This document shows, in pieces, positions 9,705-19,072 of a stretch of 64,000 nt of DNA (position 1 is its first letter; each line of letters starts with the position of its first letter). Under the pieces are notes generated by a model. That model did not search any database, was not told where the DNA came from, and saw only the letters and a list, made by a program, of their open reading frames with translations. Source of the DNA: a bacterium. GTDB taxonomy: Bacteria; UBA8248. Position numbers and translations under genes: made by a program. The stretch is from contig OZ242260.1 in NCBI GenBank assembly GCA_965207065.1, positions 2,464,001 through 2,528,000 of the forward strand, read 5' to 3'.

Positions 9705-10604
9705 GTGACGACTGCGACGGACCAAATTGATTATCAAAGCCCGCAAAGAGGGCCGCAGTGGCGGGCCGTCTGGGACGCGTTCAGCCAGAACCGCGCGGTG
9801 CCCATCGCGGGGTCCGTGCTTTTGGTTTTGGTTCTACTGGTACTGTCGGCGCCCTTGCTGGCGCCCTATGACCCTTACGCCCTGGGCTCGGGCTCAAGGC
9901 TGGGCGGGCACAGTTTCCAAAACATCATGGGCGTAGACAATCTCGGCCGCGACGTTTTCAGCCGCATCCTGTGGGGCGGGCGGGTCTCGATCTTCGTCGG
10001 TTTCTCGGCGGCCTTCGCCACGACGGTTATGGGCCTGCTCGTGGGCACGATATCGGGTTACCTGGGCGGATGGGTGGACGACATCCTGATGCGTTTCACC
10101 GAGACCTTCATGGTGATACCGCGATTCTTCCTCGCCCTGATAATCGTGGCCTTCTTCGGGGCGAACATCTGGAACATCATCTTCGCCATCTCCATTCTGA
10201 CGTGGCCGGTGACGGCCCGCCTCGTGCGCTCGGAATTCCTGACTCTGCGCACGCGGCAATTCGTGGACGCCGCGCACGTGATCGGCACGCCGCGCTCGAC
10301 GATCATCTTCCGCGAGATACTGCCGAACGCCATCGGGGTTGTGGTCGTGAACGCCTCGCTTCTGACGGCGCAGGCGATGCTGCTCGAAGCGGGTCTGAGC
10401 TATCTGGGCCTGGGAGACCCCAGCCTGGTGACCTGGGGACGGATGCTGTACGAGGCCCAGCCCTTTCTGCGCCAGGCCTGGTGGATGGCCGTGTACCCCG
10501 GTCTGGGCATCTTTCTTTCGGTCCTGACGCTCAACCTGCTGGGAGACGGCCTGAACGACGTGCTCAACCCCCGCTCCTCCGAGATTCACCGGACCGGACT
10601 ATGA
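9705..10604 (+). CDS. ABC peptide/nickel transporter permease (DppC-like)
   Basis: GVDNLGRDVFSRILWGGRVS, EAA-like loop, NLLGDGLND. Confidence 0.92.
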   Translation: MTTATDQIDYQSPQRGPQWRAVWDAFSQNRAVPIAGSVLLVLVLLVLSAPLLAPYDPYALGSGSRLGGHSFQNIMGVDNLGRDVFSRILWGGRVSIFVGFSAAFATTVMGLLVGTISGYLGGWVDDILMRFTETFMVIPRFFLALIIVAFFGANIWNIIFAISILTWPVTARLVRSEFLTLRTRQFVDAAHVIGTPRSTIIFREILPNAIGVVVVNASLLTAQAMLLEAGLSYLGLGDPSLVTWGRMLYEAQPFLRQAWWMAVYPGLGIFLSVLTLNLLGDGLNDVLNPRSSEIHRTGL

Positions 10605-11584
10605 GCACGACGCCTGAAAACCGGAACGGTCTCCTGCGGGTCTCCGATCTGAGGACATACCTCGACGTCCCCTCCGGCGTGATCAAGGCCGTGGACGGCG
10701 TCTCGCTGGAAGTGAACCGCAAGGAGGCGGTTGCGCTGGTCGGTGAATCGGGTTCCGGGAAATCCATGACGGCGCTCACCATCATCCGGCTCCAGCCGGT
10801 CGTGGCCCGCATCCTCTCGGGCGAAATACTGCTGAACGACGTGGATCTCCTCACCCTGGATACGGCGAGCATGTGCGACCTGCGCGGGACGGAGATCGCC
10901 ATGGTCTTTCAGGACCCCATGACCTATCTGAACCCCGTCATGCGGGCAGGCGCCCAGGTGGCGGAAGTGGTGCTGGAGCACCAGGACGTCTCGAAGGGGG
11001 AGGCCCGCTCGCAGGTGCTCGATGCTTTCGAGCGCGTCGGCATCCCTTCCCCCCGGAGGGTGTATGACAGCTACCCCCATCAGTTGAGCGGCGGCATGCG
11101 CCAGCGGGTGCTCATCGCCATGGCCATCTCGTGCCGCCCGTCCCTGCTCATCGCCGATGAGCCCACCACGGCGCTGGACGTGACCATACAGGCGCAAATC
11201 ATGGACCTGCTCGCCCACCTGCGCGAGGAACTCCAGAACGCCCTGTTCCTGATCACCCACGATATCGGCCTGGTGGCGGAGCATTGCGACCGGATATACA
11301 TCATGTACGCGGGCCAGATTGTGGAGCATGCCGACACCTTTACCCTGTTCGCCGAACCGAAACACCCCTATACGGAGGGCCTCCTGCGTTCGACGCTCAG
11401 CCCCGACAAGCGGGTGGAGGTATTCGAGACCATCGAGGGGCAGGTGCCGAACCCCACGGACATGCCGTCGGGCTGCCGCTTCCATCCGCGCTGTCCCCAC
11501 GTCAAAGACATCTGCCGCGAGGAGTCGCCGCCTTCCCTGGATCTGGGGGAGGGACGGATGGTGGCTTGCTGGCTTTATGAATGA
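10601..11584 (+). CDS. ABC peptide transporter ATP-binding protein (DppD-like)
   Basis: GESGSGKS, LSGGMRQR, ADEPTTALD, C-terminal Cys cluster; true start ATG 10601 overlaps the upstream stop. Confidence 0.92.
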   Translation: MSTTPENRNGLLRVSDLRTYLDVPSGVIKAVDGVSLEVNRKEAVALVGESGSGKSMTALTIIRLQPVVARILSGEILLNDVDLLTLDTASMCDLRGTEIAMVFQDPMTYLNPVMRAGAQVAEVVLEHQDVSKGEARSQVLDAFERVGIPSPRRVYDSYPHQLSGGMRQRVLIAMAISCRPSLLIADEPTTALDVTIQAQIMDLLAHLREELQNALFLITHDIGLVAEHCDRIYIMYAGQIVEHADTFTLFAEPKHPYTEGLLRSTLSPDKRVEVFETIEGQVPNPTDMPSGCRFHPRCPHVKDICREESPPSLDLGEGRMVACWLYE

Positions 11585-12608
11585 GCCCGCCAAAATGAAT
11601 CATTCACTCCTGAAAGTGAGCAGGCTGACGAAGCACTTCCCGGTCGAAGGGGGATGGCTCCGGCCTCCCCGCCACGTGCACGCCGTGGACGACATCAGCT
11701 TCTCGCTCAAGGCCGGCGAGTCGTTCGCCCTGGTGGGTGAGAGCGGCTGCGGGAAAACGACGACGGCCCGCCTGCTGGCGAAGCTGGAAAAGCCCGACGA
11801 CGGAAGCATCCTCTTCGACGAACAGGAAGTCGCGGAACTGAGCGGACCCGCCCTCAAGAAATACAACCGCGACGTGCAGATGATATTTCAGGACCCCTTC
11901 GAATCCCTGAATCCCCGGCGCACCGTACGGGCCATACTGCGCCAGCCCCTCCTCAACCATGACGCGGCGGAGAAAGGGGAGATTGACGAGACCGTCGTCG
12001 GGCTCCTGAACCAGGTGGGCATGGAGCCGGGCGAAATCTTCATGGACCGCTACCCGCACCAGCTCAGCGGCGGCCAGCGCCAGCGAATCGGCATCGCGCG
12101 GGCGCTCACGCTGAAGCCCCGGCTCGTGATCGCAGACGAGCCGGTCTCCTCGCTCGACATCTCCATCCGCGCCCAAATCCTGAACCTCCTGAAAGCCCTT
12201 CAGTCGCAACATGATCTCTCCTACCTCTTCATCACGCACGACCTGGGGGTGGTGCGCTCGGTCTGCGACAGGGTGGGGGTCATGTACCTGGGCGAGATCG
12301 TGGAGCTTGCGGCGGTGGAGTCGCTCTTCACCACCCCGCTGCACCCTTATACGCAGGCGCTGCTCTCGGCCACGCCGGTAGCGGACCCGGTGAAGGCCAG
12401 GGAGCGGCGGCGCATCATCCTCAAGGGAGAGGTTCCCTCCGCCCTCGACCCGCCGACCGGATGCCGTTTCCATACGCGTTGCCCCTACAGCGAGAAGCGC
12501 TGCGTGGAAGAGAAGCCGGCGCTGCGGGAGTTCCACCCCGGCCATACCGTGTCCTGTCATTTCGCAGGCGACGTCGGCGTTAACGTAACCGCCGATTCAT
12601 ACACTTAG
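11577..12608 (+). CDS. ABC peptide transporter ATP-binding protein (DppF-like)
   Basis: GESGCGKT, LSGGQRQR, ADEPVSSLD, GCRFHTRC. Confidence 0.92.
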   Translation: MNEPAKMNHSLLKVSRLTKHFPVEGGWLRPPRHVHAVDDISFSLKAGESFALVGESGCGKTTTARLLAKLEKPDDGSILFDEQEVAELSGPALKKYNRDVQMIFQDPFESLNPRRTVRAILRQPLLNHDAAEKGEIDETVVGLLNQVGMEPGEIFMDRYPHQLSGGQRQRIGIARALTLKPRLVIADEPVSSLDISIRAQILNLLKALQSQHDLSYLFITHDLGVVRSVCDRVGVMYLGEIVELAAVESLFTTPLHPYTQALLSATPVADPVKARERRRIILKGEVPSALDPPTGCRFHTRCPYSEKRCVEEKPALREFHPGHTVSCHFAGDVGVNVTADSYT

Positions 12609-12625
12609 CTGCCGGGCCTTGGGGG

Positions 12626-12830
12626 GTAGGGGCGGTTCACGAACGGCCTCTATGGTTCCGGCGGGTGTGACTTTCGCCGAAATGACGGCGCTATGGGTCA
12701 ACCGAGTCGGTGGTTTGTAGGGGCCGCATACTATGCGGCCCGGCCTTTTCGCCTCCAAATTAGGGTCGCATGGTATGCGACCCCTACAACAGACGGCAAT
12801 TCCCCCGTATTTGGCCTTTTTCAACAGGCC
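12626..12830. repeat. GTAG-type REP-like palindrome cluster
   Basis: GTAG at 12626; GTAG followed by GGGCCGCATA-C-TATGCGGCCC at 12717-12741; inverted partner ending CCCCTAC near 12787; orphan TTTTTCAACAGGCC end. Confidence 0.7.
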
Positions 12831-12868
12831 GGACAAGGGGGGAGTAACGATATCCCGGAGGGTTTTTT

Positions 12869-14209
12869 ATGAAAGACGTACTCGAAAAGGTGATTTCACA
12901 GGGCCGGCGAACCGACGTGGTTGCCCTGCTTCAGGAACTCGTCCGGATTCCCAGCCCCACGGGAGAGGAAGAGGCTGTCCAGACCCTGGTGCAGGAACGA
13001 TTCGCCGATGCCGGCCTCGAGGTGGAGGCGTTCGAGGCGAACCTGGAGGAGGTGCGGGAGCATCCGGCGTTCTCGGCCCCGCGCTCTTCGCTGGAGAGAG
13101 GTTATGCGGGCCGTCCGAACGTGATCGGCCGCATGCGGGGAGCGGGCGGCGGCAGGTCGCTCCTTCTCTTCTGTCACGCCGACACGGTGCCGCCCGGCCC
13201 GCGAAGCGCCTGGACGCGCGATCCCTTCGGCGGCGAGGTGGAGGGCAACCGGCTCTATGGGCGTGGCTCGGGAGACGCCAAGTCGGGGCTGGCCGTCATG
13301 ATCGCGTGCGCCCGGGCCCTGAAAGCCGCCGGGGTGCGCCTCAAGGGGGATCTGACGCTCCTCTCCACCGTCGAGGAAGAAGAAGGCGGCGGCGGGGGCA
13401 TGCTGGCGTGCGTGCTCCGCGGCCTTCGTGCGGACGGCGCCGTTTACACGCACATGAAGCCGGGCGGACTCGGCGGCGTGGACATCGGCTCGGGCGGCGA
13501 CCTGAGTTTCCGGATCACCGTGCCGGGCCAGGCCGGTCACAAGGGCTCGGCGCATCTTTTCGTGAACGCCATCGGGAAAGCCGAATATATCCACGCCGCG
13601 CTCAGGGAGCTGGACGCGCAAAGAGGAGAAGCGGTGCGCGAACCGCTGGTGGAAAAGCGTTTCGAGATAAGCGGACTCGCGCCCCGCACGGTGAACCTCG
13701 TGGTGACCATGATCCGCGCGGGCGTGTCCATCGGCCAGCTTCCGGCCGAATGCGTCCTGGAGGGCGTGGCGGGGGTGGCCCCGAGAGAGGGTCTCGATGA
13801 GGTGAAAAAACTGGTGGAAGACCACGTCGCGCGGGCCGCCGGGGCCGACCCGTGGCTTCGCGGGCATCCGCCGCGTCTGGAATGGACGGAGAGGCGCGCG
13901 GAGCCCTGCCTCACCGACCCCGATCACCCGTTCGTCAAAACGGCGTTGTCCGTGGTCGAACGGGTGACGGGTCGTCCCTGCCAGCGTCAGGCGCTGAACG
14001 GGACGACGGACATGCGGTTCCCGGTTCTCTACGGCGACACGCCCACCATCATGTTCGGAGGGGAGTGCCCGCGGGGCCACATCCCCGATGAATATACGCA
14101 TATCGACGAACTGCGGCTCTCCGTCGACGGGCTGCTCCACCTGATTCTCGAGTGGTGCGGCGCAAGCCGGGATGATGAGCATAAGCAAAAGGGGCCGGGG
14201 GTTTTGTAG
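12869..14209 (+). CDS. M20 family metallohydrolase (ArgE/DapE-like deacylase)
   Basis: HADTV, GRGSGDAKSG, EEE, H.PDE metal-binding motifs. Confidence 0.9.
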   Translation: MKDVLEKVISQGRRTDVVALLQELVRIPSPTGEEEAVQTLVQERFADAGLEVEAFEANLEEVREHPAFSAPRSSLERGYAGRPNVIGRMRGAGGGRSLLLFCHADTVPPGPRSAWTRDPFGGEVEGNRLYGRGSGDAKSGLAVMIACARALKAAGVRLKGDLTLLSTVEEEEGGGGGMLACVLRGLRADGAVYTHMKPGGLGGVDIGSGGDLSFRITVPGQAGHKGSAHLFVNAIGKAEYIHAALRELDAQRGEAVREPLVEKRFEISGLAPRTVNLVVTMIRAGVSIGQLPAECVLEGVAGVAPREGLDEVKKLVEDHVARAAGADPWLRGHPPRLEWTERRAEPCLTDPDHPFVKTALSVVERVTGRPCQRQALNGTTDMRFPVLYGDTPTIMFGGECPRGHIPDEYTHIDELRLSVDGLLHLILEWCGASRDDEHKQKGPGVL

Positions 14210-14700
14210 GGACAGGTCGCGACCTGTCCCTACGGTGGGATCCAGACCGACCCTTGAGGGCGTTGCCAATTCACGATTGAAATGAACCACTCCCCTTGAG
14301 GGTCTGGCTTCCCGAGGGGAAAGTGCGATGAAAAAGACCCCTTTTCAAGGGGTAGAGAGGACGCACCTCTCGACCGAAAAACCAACCCCCCCTACCCCCC
14401 CTTGTCAGGGGTCAAACGCGAGTGAGGAACGAGCGTTTGCATAAGCCATTGATGAGAAACACATCGGTACGCAATTTCTCGCTCATCGCTCGAAATTGAC
14501 CCCTGACAAGGGGGGGTAGGGGGGGTTGGTTCTGACGAGGAGAGTCGGGCGTTCGTGCGAAAGTGGCCTTCCAGCTAAAGGCGATGTCCCTCGACAAGGA
14601 CTTTTTCAACGGACCCTCAAGGGGGGGAGTGGTTGGTTGGCGTTCTGGAAGGGGGGAGTGAAATTCAGCGCGCTCCTTTTCAGGGCTTTTTCAACGCTCC
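14206..14700. repeat. Nested palindromic repeat complex
   Basis: 28-bp REP palindrome at 14206-14233; perfect 36-bp inverted repeat 14380-14415/14496-14531; CACTCCCCTTGAGGG.../...CCCTCAAGGGGGGGAGTG arms. Confidence 0.75.
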
Positions 14701-14767
14701 CGTTTATGCAAGATTGTATATAATCCTCCGAACAATGGTTCCCCGATAACTGCGACGGGAGAAAGCG

Positions 14768-15901
14768 ATGATTGAAAAACAGGCGGCGGTGGCGCCCGAT
14801 TTTGCGGCCCTGCGGGATGAGTTCCCCGTCACCCGGAACTGGACCTATCTGGACCTCGCCAACAAGGCGCCCCTGCCCCGGTGCGCCCAGGACGCGATTC
14901 CGGATTTCCTGCGGGAGATGAACGAACTCGGCGTCCGGGAGGCCTTCTCCAAGGTCCGCGTGGAGGAGGTCCGCGCCTCGCTGGCTTCGCTGCTGGGCGT
15001 CGCGCCGGGGGCGATAGCGTTCATCAAGAATACCTCAGAGGGCATGAACATCGCCGCGCAGGCGCTGGACCTCCAGGCGGGAGACAACGTCATCCAGGCG
15101 GAACTCGACCACCCGAACCAGGTGTACGCCTGGAAGCGCCTGGAGGAAAGGGGCGTCGAACTCAAGTGGGTGCGAAACGGGGAGGGCTGCCCCCCGGTGG
15201 AGGCGTTCATCGAGGCGATGGACGGGCGAACGCGCGTCGTGGCGGTCTCCTACGTGACTTTCGGGACGGGCTGCCGGGTGGACCTGCCCGCCCTGGGCGC
15301 GGCCTGCCGCGAGCGCGGTATCATTTTGATGACGGATGCGATTCAGGGAGTCGGAATCCTCTCGGCATCCTTGCCGGCCCTCGGGGCGGACATCGTGGTC
15401 TGCGGCGGGCACAAGGGATTGCTCGGCCTGCCGGGCACGGGCTTTCTCTATTGCCGCGAAGACCTGATTCCCGGGATGACGCCTCCCTTCTTCGCCCGCG
15501 CCAGCATGGTCCGCGAAGTGCTCGAGCGGATGGAGGTCGGGCTGGCCCCGGACGCCCACCGCTTCGAGATCGGGAATCAGAATTACCTGGGATTATGGGT
15601 GCTCGGCCGCTCGGTCGAGTTCCTGGCGGGGGTGGGGCTCGCGCATGTCGAGGAGCGCGTGCGGGGGTTGACGACTTACCTGATGGAGCTGCTGGAGAGG
15701 CGGGGCGAGAAGATTCTGACGCCTCGCCCCTGGGAGGAGCGCGCCGCCATCGTGAGCATCGAATCGCCCGACCCGCCCAGGGCGGCGGCGCAACTGCGCG
15801 AAAAGAGAATTATCGCCAGCGCGCGCAACAACGCCCTTCGCTTCGCGCCGCATTTCTACAATACCGAAGAAGAAATCGAGCGGGTGGTCGGTCTGCTTTA
15901 G
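14768..15901 (+). CDS. Class V aminotransferase / PLP-dependent lyase
   Basis: YLDLAN, NTSEG, DAIQ.VG, GGHKGLLG (PLP lysine), LRFAPHFYN. Confidence 0.9.
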   Translation: MIEKQAAVAPDFAALRDEFPVTRNWTYLDLANKAPLPRCAQDAIPDFLREMNELGVREAFSKVRVEEVRASLASLLGVAPGAIAFIKNTSEGMNIAAQALDLQAGDNVIQAELDHPNQVYAWKRLEERGVELKWVRNGEGCPPVEAFIEAMDGRTRVVAVSYVTFGTGCRVDLPALGAACRERGIILMTDAIQGVGILSASLPALGADIVVCGGHKGLLGLPGTGFLYCREDLIPGMTPPFFARASMVREVLERMEVGLAPDAHRFEIGNQNYLGLWVLGRSVEFLAGVGLAHVEERVRGLTTYLMELLERRGEKILTPRPWEERAAIVSIESPDPPRAAAQLREKRIIASARNNALRFAPHFYNTEEEIERVVGLL

Positions 15902-15917
15902 GGAAGATAGCAAACAA

Positions 15918-16038
15918 TTCGATAAATTCAGATAAATTCACGGGGTTTTTGGATAAATTACCGTAAATTAACGAGGGGAAATGCGGGGATTTGCGGGGAA
16001 TTGCGGGGATGGATTGCGCGCAAATGCGGGCAAATGCG
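15918..16038. repeat. 10-bp-phased short direct repeat element
   Basis: GATAAATTCA x2, GGATAAATTA/CCGTAAATTA, AWWTGCGGGG x3, CGCAAATGCGGGCAAATGCG; homologous to the reverse complement of 37790-37940. Confidence 0.7.
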
Positions 16039-16132
16039 TGAGCGAATCCGGCGGAATTCGTGAATCTTCCCGCACGATGCGCCTCTTGACCCTGTCCTTG
16101 ATGAAGACGTCCATCATCAGGTTCCCTTGCGC

Positions 16133-17812
16133 CTATGCCCGCCCGTAGCGGCGGCGGCGCCTGTCGATGTCCTCGAGTTTGCGCGAGAGCTTCTCGAGCG
16201 TCCGGTTGTCGCTCAGGTTCCCTTCGATGTGAATATGGTAGACGTGGGCCTCGCCTCCGCCCCCGCCCATCTCCTTTCGTATCGCGTCGCGGATGATGGG
16301 CCGCACGCCGCGCTGAAAGAAATCGATGGATTGCGGGTGGTTCACGTTCATGATGTGCTCGGGACCCGCCTCGCCCACGAGCCTGAGCGCCGAGCGCTTG
16401 ACGAATCGCCCCGCCGCGTCGCCTTCTTCTATGGGGAACGCCCCCAGGTAGGAAGAATAGAGGCCTTGGCCGAAATACCGCTTCACCCCCTCCTGGGGCG
16501 AGATGCCCGCCTTCCCGGCCGCTCTTTGGATAAGCTGGAACGTGAGGCCCGCTTTTTCCAGCAAAGGGGGGTCCACGCTCATCCGGCCTTCGTAGACCGC
16601 CTTGGGAAGCGGGAGGAGCCGCGCTTCATCCGCCACGCCGGTCTTGCGGAATTTCTCCAGCGCGATGTACAGCCCGGCCGCCTGCGCGAGATTCGCTATC
16701 CCCCGGGTGAAGGGGGTGGACCTGTCCCTGAAGCCCTTGAAGCCGAGGAAGGAGAGCACCTGCTTGATGGCGCCCCCCTTGTTGAACAAGACGTCTGTGA
16801 GCAAAAAGGCGCCTGCCGCAGGACCGAAGGCGGCGAGGCCCGTGGCGCCCGCGAGCGCGGGGAGGGCGCCCGCGGCGTTGATGGCCAGATTCGCGCCAGT
16901 TTTCAGGGTTTTGGGTCCCTTGAGGAAGTCCAGCGCCGAAAAAGCGACCCGCAAAGCTGCCGCCGCTTTCGTCGCCGCAATCCGCGCGGCCAGCGCGCCA
17001 CTCGCCTTTTCGCCCGCGGCGGTGGCGACCGCCGTGCCGCCGATCCGGTTCGCCGCTTCGAGTTCGGAGACGGACTGGAAAAGGCGCATGAGCCCCGCCT
17101 CGCCGCCGATTTTCGCCAGCGGCACCACGAGTTCCGGCCCCGCCTCGCCGATCAGGCCCAAGGTGGGTTTTTTCACCAGACCGCCCTTGGCGAATCCGAA
17201 CACATTGAGCAGGCCCTTGCCCAGATCGCCCAGCAGGTTCAGGCCCAGATCCTGGAGCGCGCCAACTGCCGGTTTGATGAATTGCGTACTCGCCATCTCG
17301 GCGGCGGCGTTGCGCACCATGTCGATGGCATGGTTCTTCAGGTCGCTGAACAGGTCCTTTGCGCTGTCGATTTTGCCGGTGAGGGCGTCCGAGAAAAACC
17401 GGGTGAGCGATTTTTCGCTCGCTGAGGCGAAATCGTTCACCGCCCTTCCGGCTATCTGAAAAGAGGCGGGCAGGGCGGCGGCTTTCGCCTTGACCTCGTC
17501 GAGTCCCCTGACGAGCGGGCCGGAGGCAAGCCGGGAGCCGGCTCGCTCCGCATTCCTCCACAGGGTATTCATCCCCTCGGCGGCTTCGGTGGACGAGACG
17601 CCGACTGCATGGAGGCGTTCTGAGGATCGAACGAAGGTGCGGCTCGATTGTTGGAGCGCGCTCTGTGACACGCGCGTTTGTATGCCTAGTTTTTCCGTGG
17701 CGATTCTCGCCTGCCCCGCCGATTTCGTGAAACGATCGAGGACTTTCAGGCTGTTGCCTGAGTTCAGGTCGATTTTCTTTATCACCGAAATCTTGTGGAC
17801 TTGCTCCGGCAT
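16133..17812 (-). CDS. Phage tail tape-measure-like protein
   Basis: Ala/Gly-rich helical protein; GFAKGG and two GEAGPE motifs; C-terminal YHIHIEG..S..LEKL pattern. Confidence 0.75.
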   Translation of the reverse strand: MPEQVHKISVIKKIDLNSGNSLKVLDRFTKSAGQARIATEKLGIQTRVSQSALQQSSRTFVRSSERLHAVGVSSTEAAEGMNTLWRNAERAGSRLASGPLVRGLDEVKAKAAALPASFQIAGRAVNDFASASEKSLTRFFSDALTGKIDSAKDLFSDLKNHAIDMVRNAAAEMASTQFIKPAVGALQDLGLNLLGDLGKGLLNVFGFAKGGLVKKPTLGLIGEAGPELVVPLAKIGGEAGLMRLFQSVSELEAANRIGGTAVATAAGEKASGALAARIAATKAAAALRVAFSALDFLKGPKTLKTGANLAINAAGALPALAGATGLAAFGPAAGAFLLTDVLFNKGGAIKQVLSFLGFKGFRDRSTPFTRGIANLAQAAGLYIALEKFRKTGVADEARLLPLPKAVYEGRMSVDPPLLEKAGLTFQLIQRAAGKAGISPQEGVKRYFGQGLYSSYLGAFPIEEGDAAGRFVKRSALRLVGEAGPEHIMNVNHPQSIDFFQRGVRPIIRDAIRKEMGGGGGEAHVYHIHIEGNLSDNRTLEKLSRKLEDIDRRRRRYGRA

Positions 17813-17865
17813 GGAATCCCCTATTCATGAACGAGATACTGGACGGGGCTGCGCTACCGAACGCG

Positions 17866-17988
17866 CTAATCCGCCCAGGGGTTGATGAAATGCCACAGGT
17901 GGTTCGTGATGAGGCGCGGTTCGACCGCCGCGACGACGCACAAGACGGCGGCGGCCGAGAAAAGCGCCGCGAGAAGGTAAGGAATCAT
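17866..17988 (-). CDS. 40-aa small membrane protein (not in the ORF track)
   Basis: MIPYLLAALFSAAAVLCVVAAVEPRLITNHLWHFINPWAD; ATGA overlap with the upstream gene; AAGGAG RBS. Confidence 0.55.
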   Translation of the reverse strand: MIPYLLAALFSAAAVLCVVAAVEPRLITNHLWHFINPWAD

Positions 17989-18368
17989 GGTTGACGCTCC
18001 TTGTTCATGCGCTCGTCGAGTCTGGCGAGCGCGGTTTCGACCTCACGCAGGCGGCGGAGTATTTGAGTAAAGGTTTTCGCGTCCTCGCGCGTTTTTTTCA
18101 TGGAAATCGTTTTCAGTTCGCGGAATTTGAGATCGGCAATTGTCTTCGCCTCTCGCAACCGGGTCTCCACTTCCTGGAAGCGGACGCGCGCGCCCGCGTT
18201 TTTCTCCAAAAGCCAGGGATGACCCCGCTCTGCCATGTGGGACGCCAGACGCTTTTCCACGTTCACGATCTGGTTGTATAGCGGCGTATAGGCGGCCACC
18301 CCGAGGCCGGCGATGCTCAGGATGGACAGGAAAATCTGGAGACCTTTTCCGTTTCCCTCAGACGCCAT
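17985..18368 (-). CDS. Phage-like membrane-anchored coiled-coil protein (possible lysis gene)
   Basis: Start MASEGNGK overlaps the upstream stop; one N-terminal TM segment followed by a coiled coil. Confidence 0.55.
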   Translation of the reverse strand: MASEGNGKGLQIFLSILSIAGLGVAAYTPLYNQIVNVEKRLASHMAERGHPWLLEKNAGARVRFQEVETRLREAKTIADLKFRELKTISMKKTREDAKTFTQILRRLREVETALARLDERMNKERQP

Positions 18369-19063
18369 CAGCGCACCGCATCGAAAGAAGAGGCGGCTTC
18401 TTCGAGTTTGGAATCCAGAATCGCCATGCTCGCGGCGGCGTCCGCATCCTGGGTGTCGCGCACGCATTCGTCGTAAATTTTCAGGAGGGAGGCGAGCTTG
18501 CCGAGCAGGGTCGTCCTCCGGCCCGCCCACTCGTCCACCACGCTTTGACCCGACGCGTAGCGCGCCGGATAGGCGTCTTTTCTGTTTTTGATGAGCAGGT
18601 ACTCCGGTTTGGAGAGCTTCTTCGAATCTGCATCCTGCGCCCAGGCGTCAATGAGCCTGGTTTTTTCTTCGTACTCGGCCAGCTTGCCGCCCAGGGCGCT
18701 CACCGGTACGCCCACGATTCGCGCCTTGGCGCTGTTGAGCAACAGGTTGAGTTTCTCCTTCGCCTGATCCCGGTGGATTTGCGCCACGCCCTCGGGCGCG
18801 TGAGCGGCATGAGCGGCGAGAACGGCGTCTCGCTGCGCCCGGGTGCTCGGATCGGCCACGTTGATGACCCACGTGTCCCGGCCGGGGCCATGGACTTCAG
18901 GACGCGCGGATTCCGTCTCGCCGGGCCCGGGTTGCCAGTCGGCGTCAGGCGTCATGGTCGTCTTCAGCCGGTGCGCGCTGCCCAGGTAGAGATGTGCGAG
19001 ACCGGCGGTTTCGAGTTCATCGCGGAAATGCGGGCCGATGGCTTTGGTCACTTCGATTTCCAA
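18368..19063 (-). CDS. Hypothetical phage tail-associated protein (possible fibre assembly)
   Basis: AGGAG RBS; lies directly after the fibre-like gene; helical C-terminus. Confidence 0.55.
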   Translation of the reverse strand: MEIEVTKAIGPHFRDELETAGLAHLYLGSAHRLKTTMTPDADWQPGPGETESARPEVHGPGRDTWVINVADPSTRAQRDAVLAAHAAHAPEGVAQIHRDQAKEKLNLLLNSAKARIVGVPVSALGGKLAEYEEKTRLIDAWAQDADSKKLSKPEYLLIKNRKDAYPARYASGQSVVDEWAGRRTTLLGKLASLLKIYDECVRDTQDADAAASMAILDSKLEEAASSFDAVR

Positions 19064-19072
19064 GTCCGTCTC

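Noticed and set aside
1228-14700. Repeated palindromes as a CRISPR array
   Set aside because: No regular repeat-spacer periodicity and no cas genes; they fit REP/MITE elements
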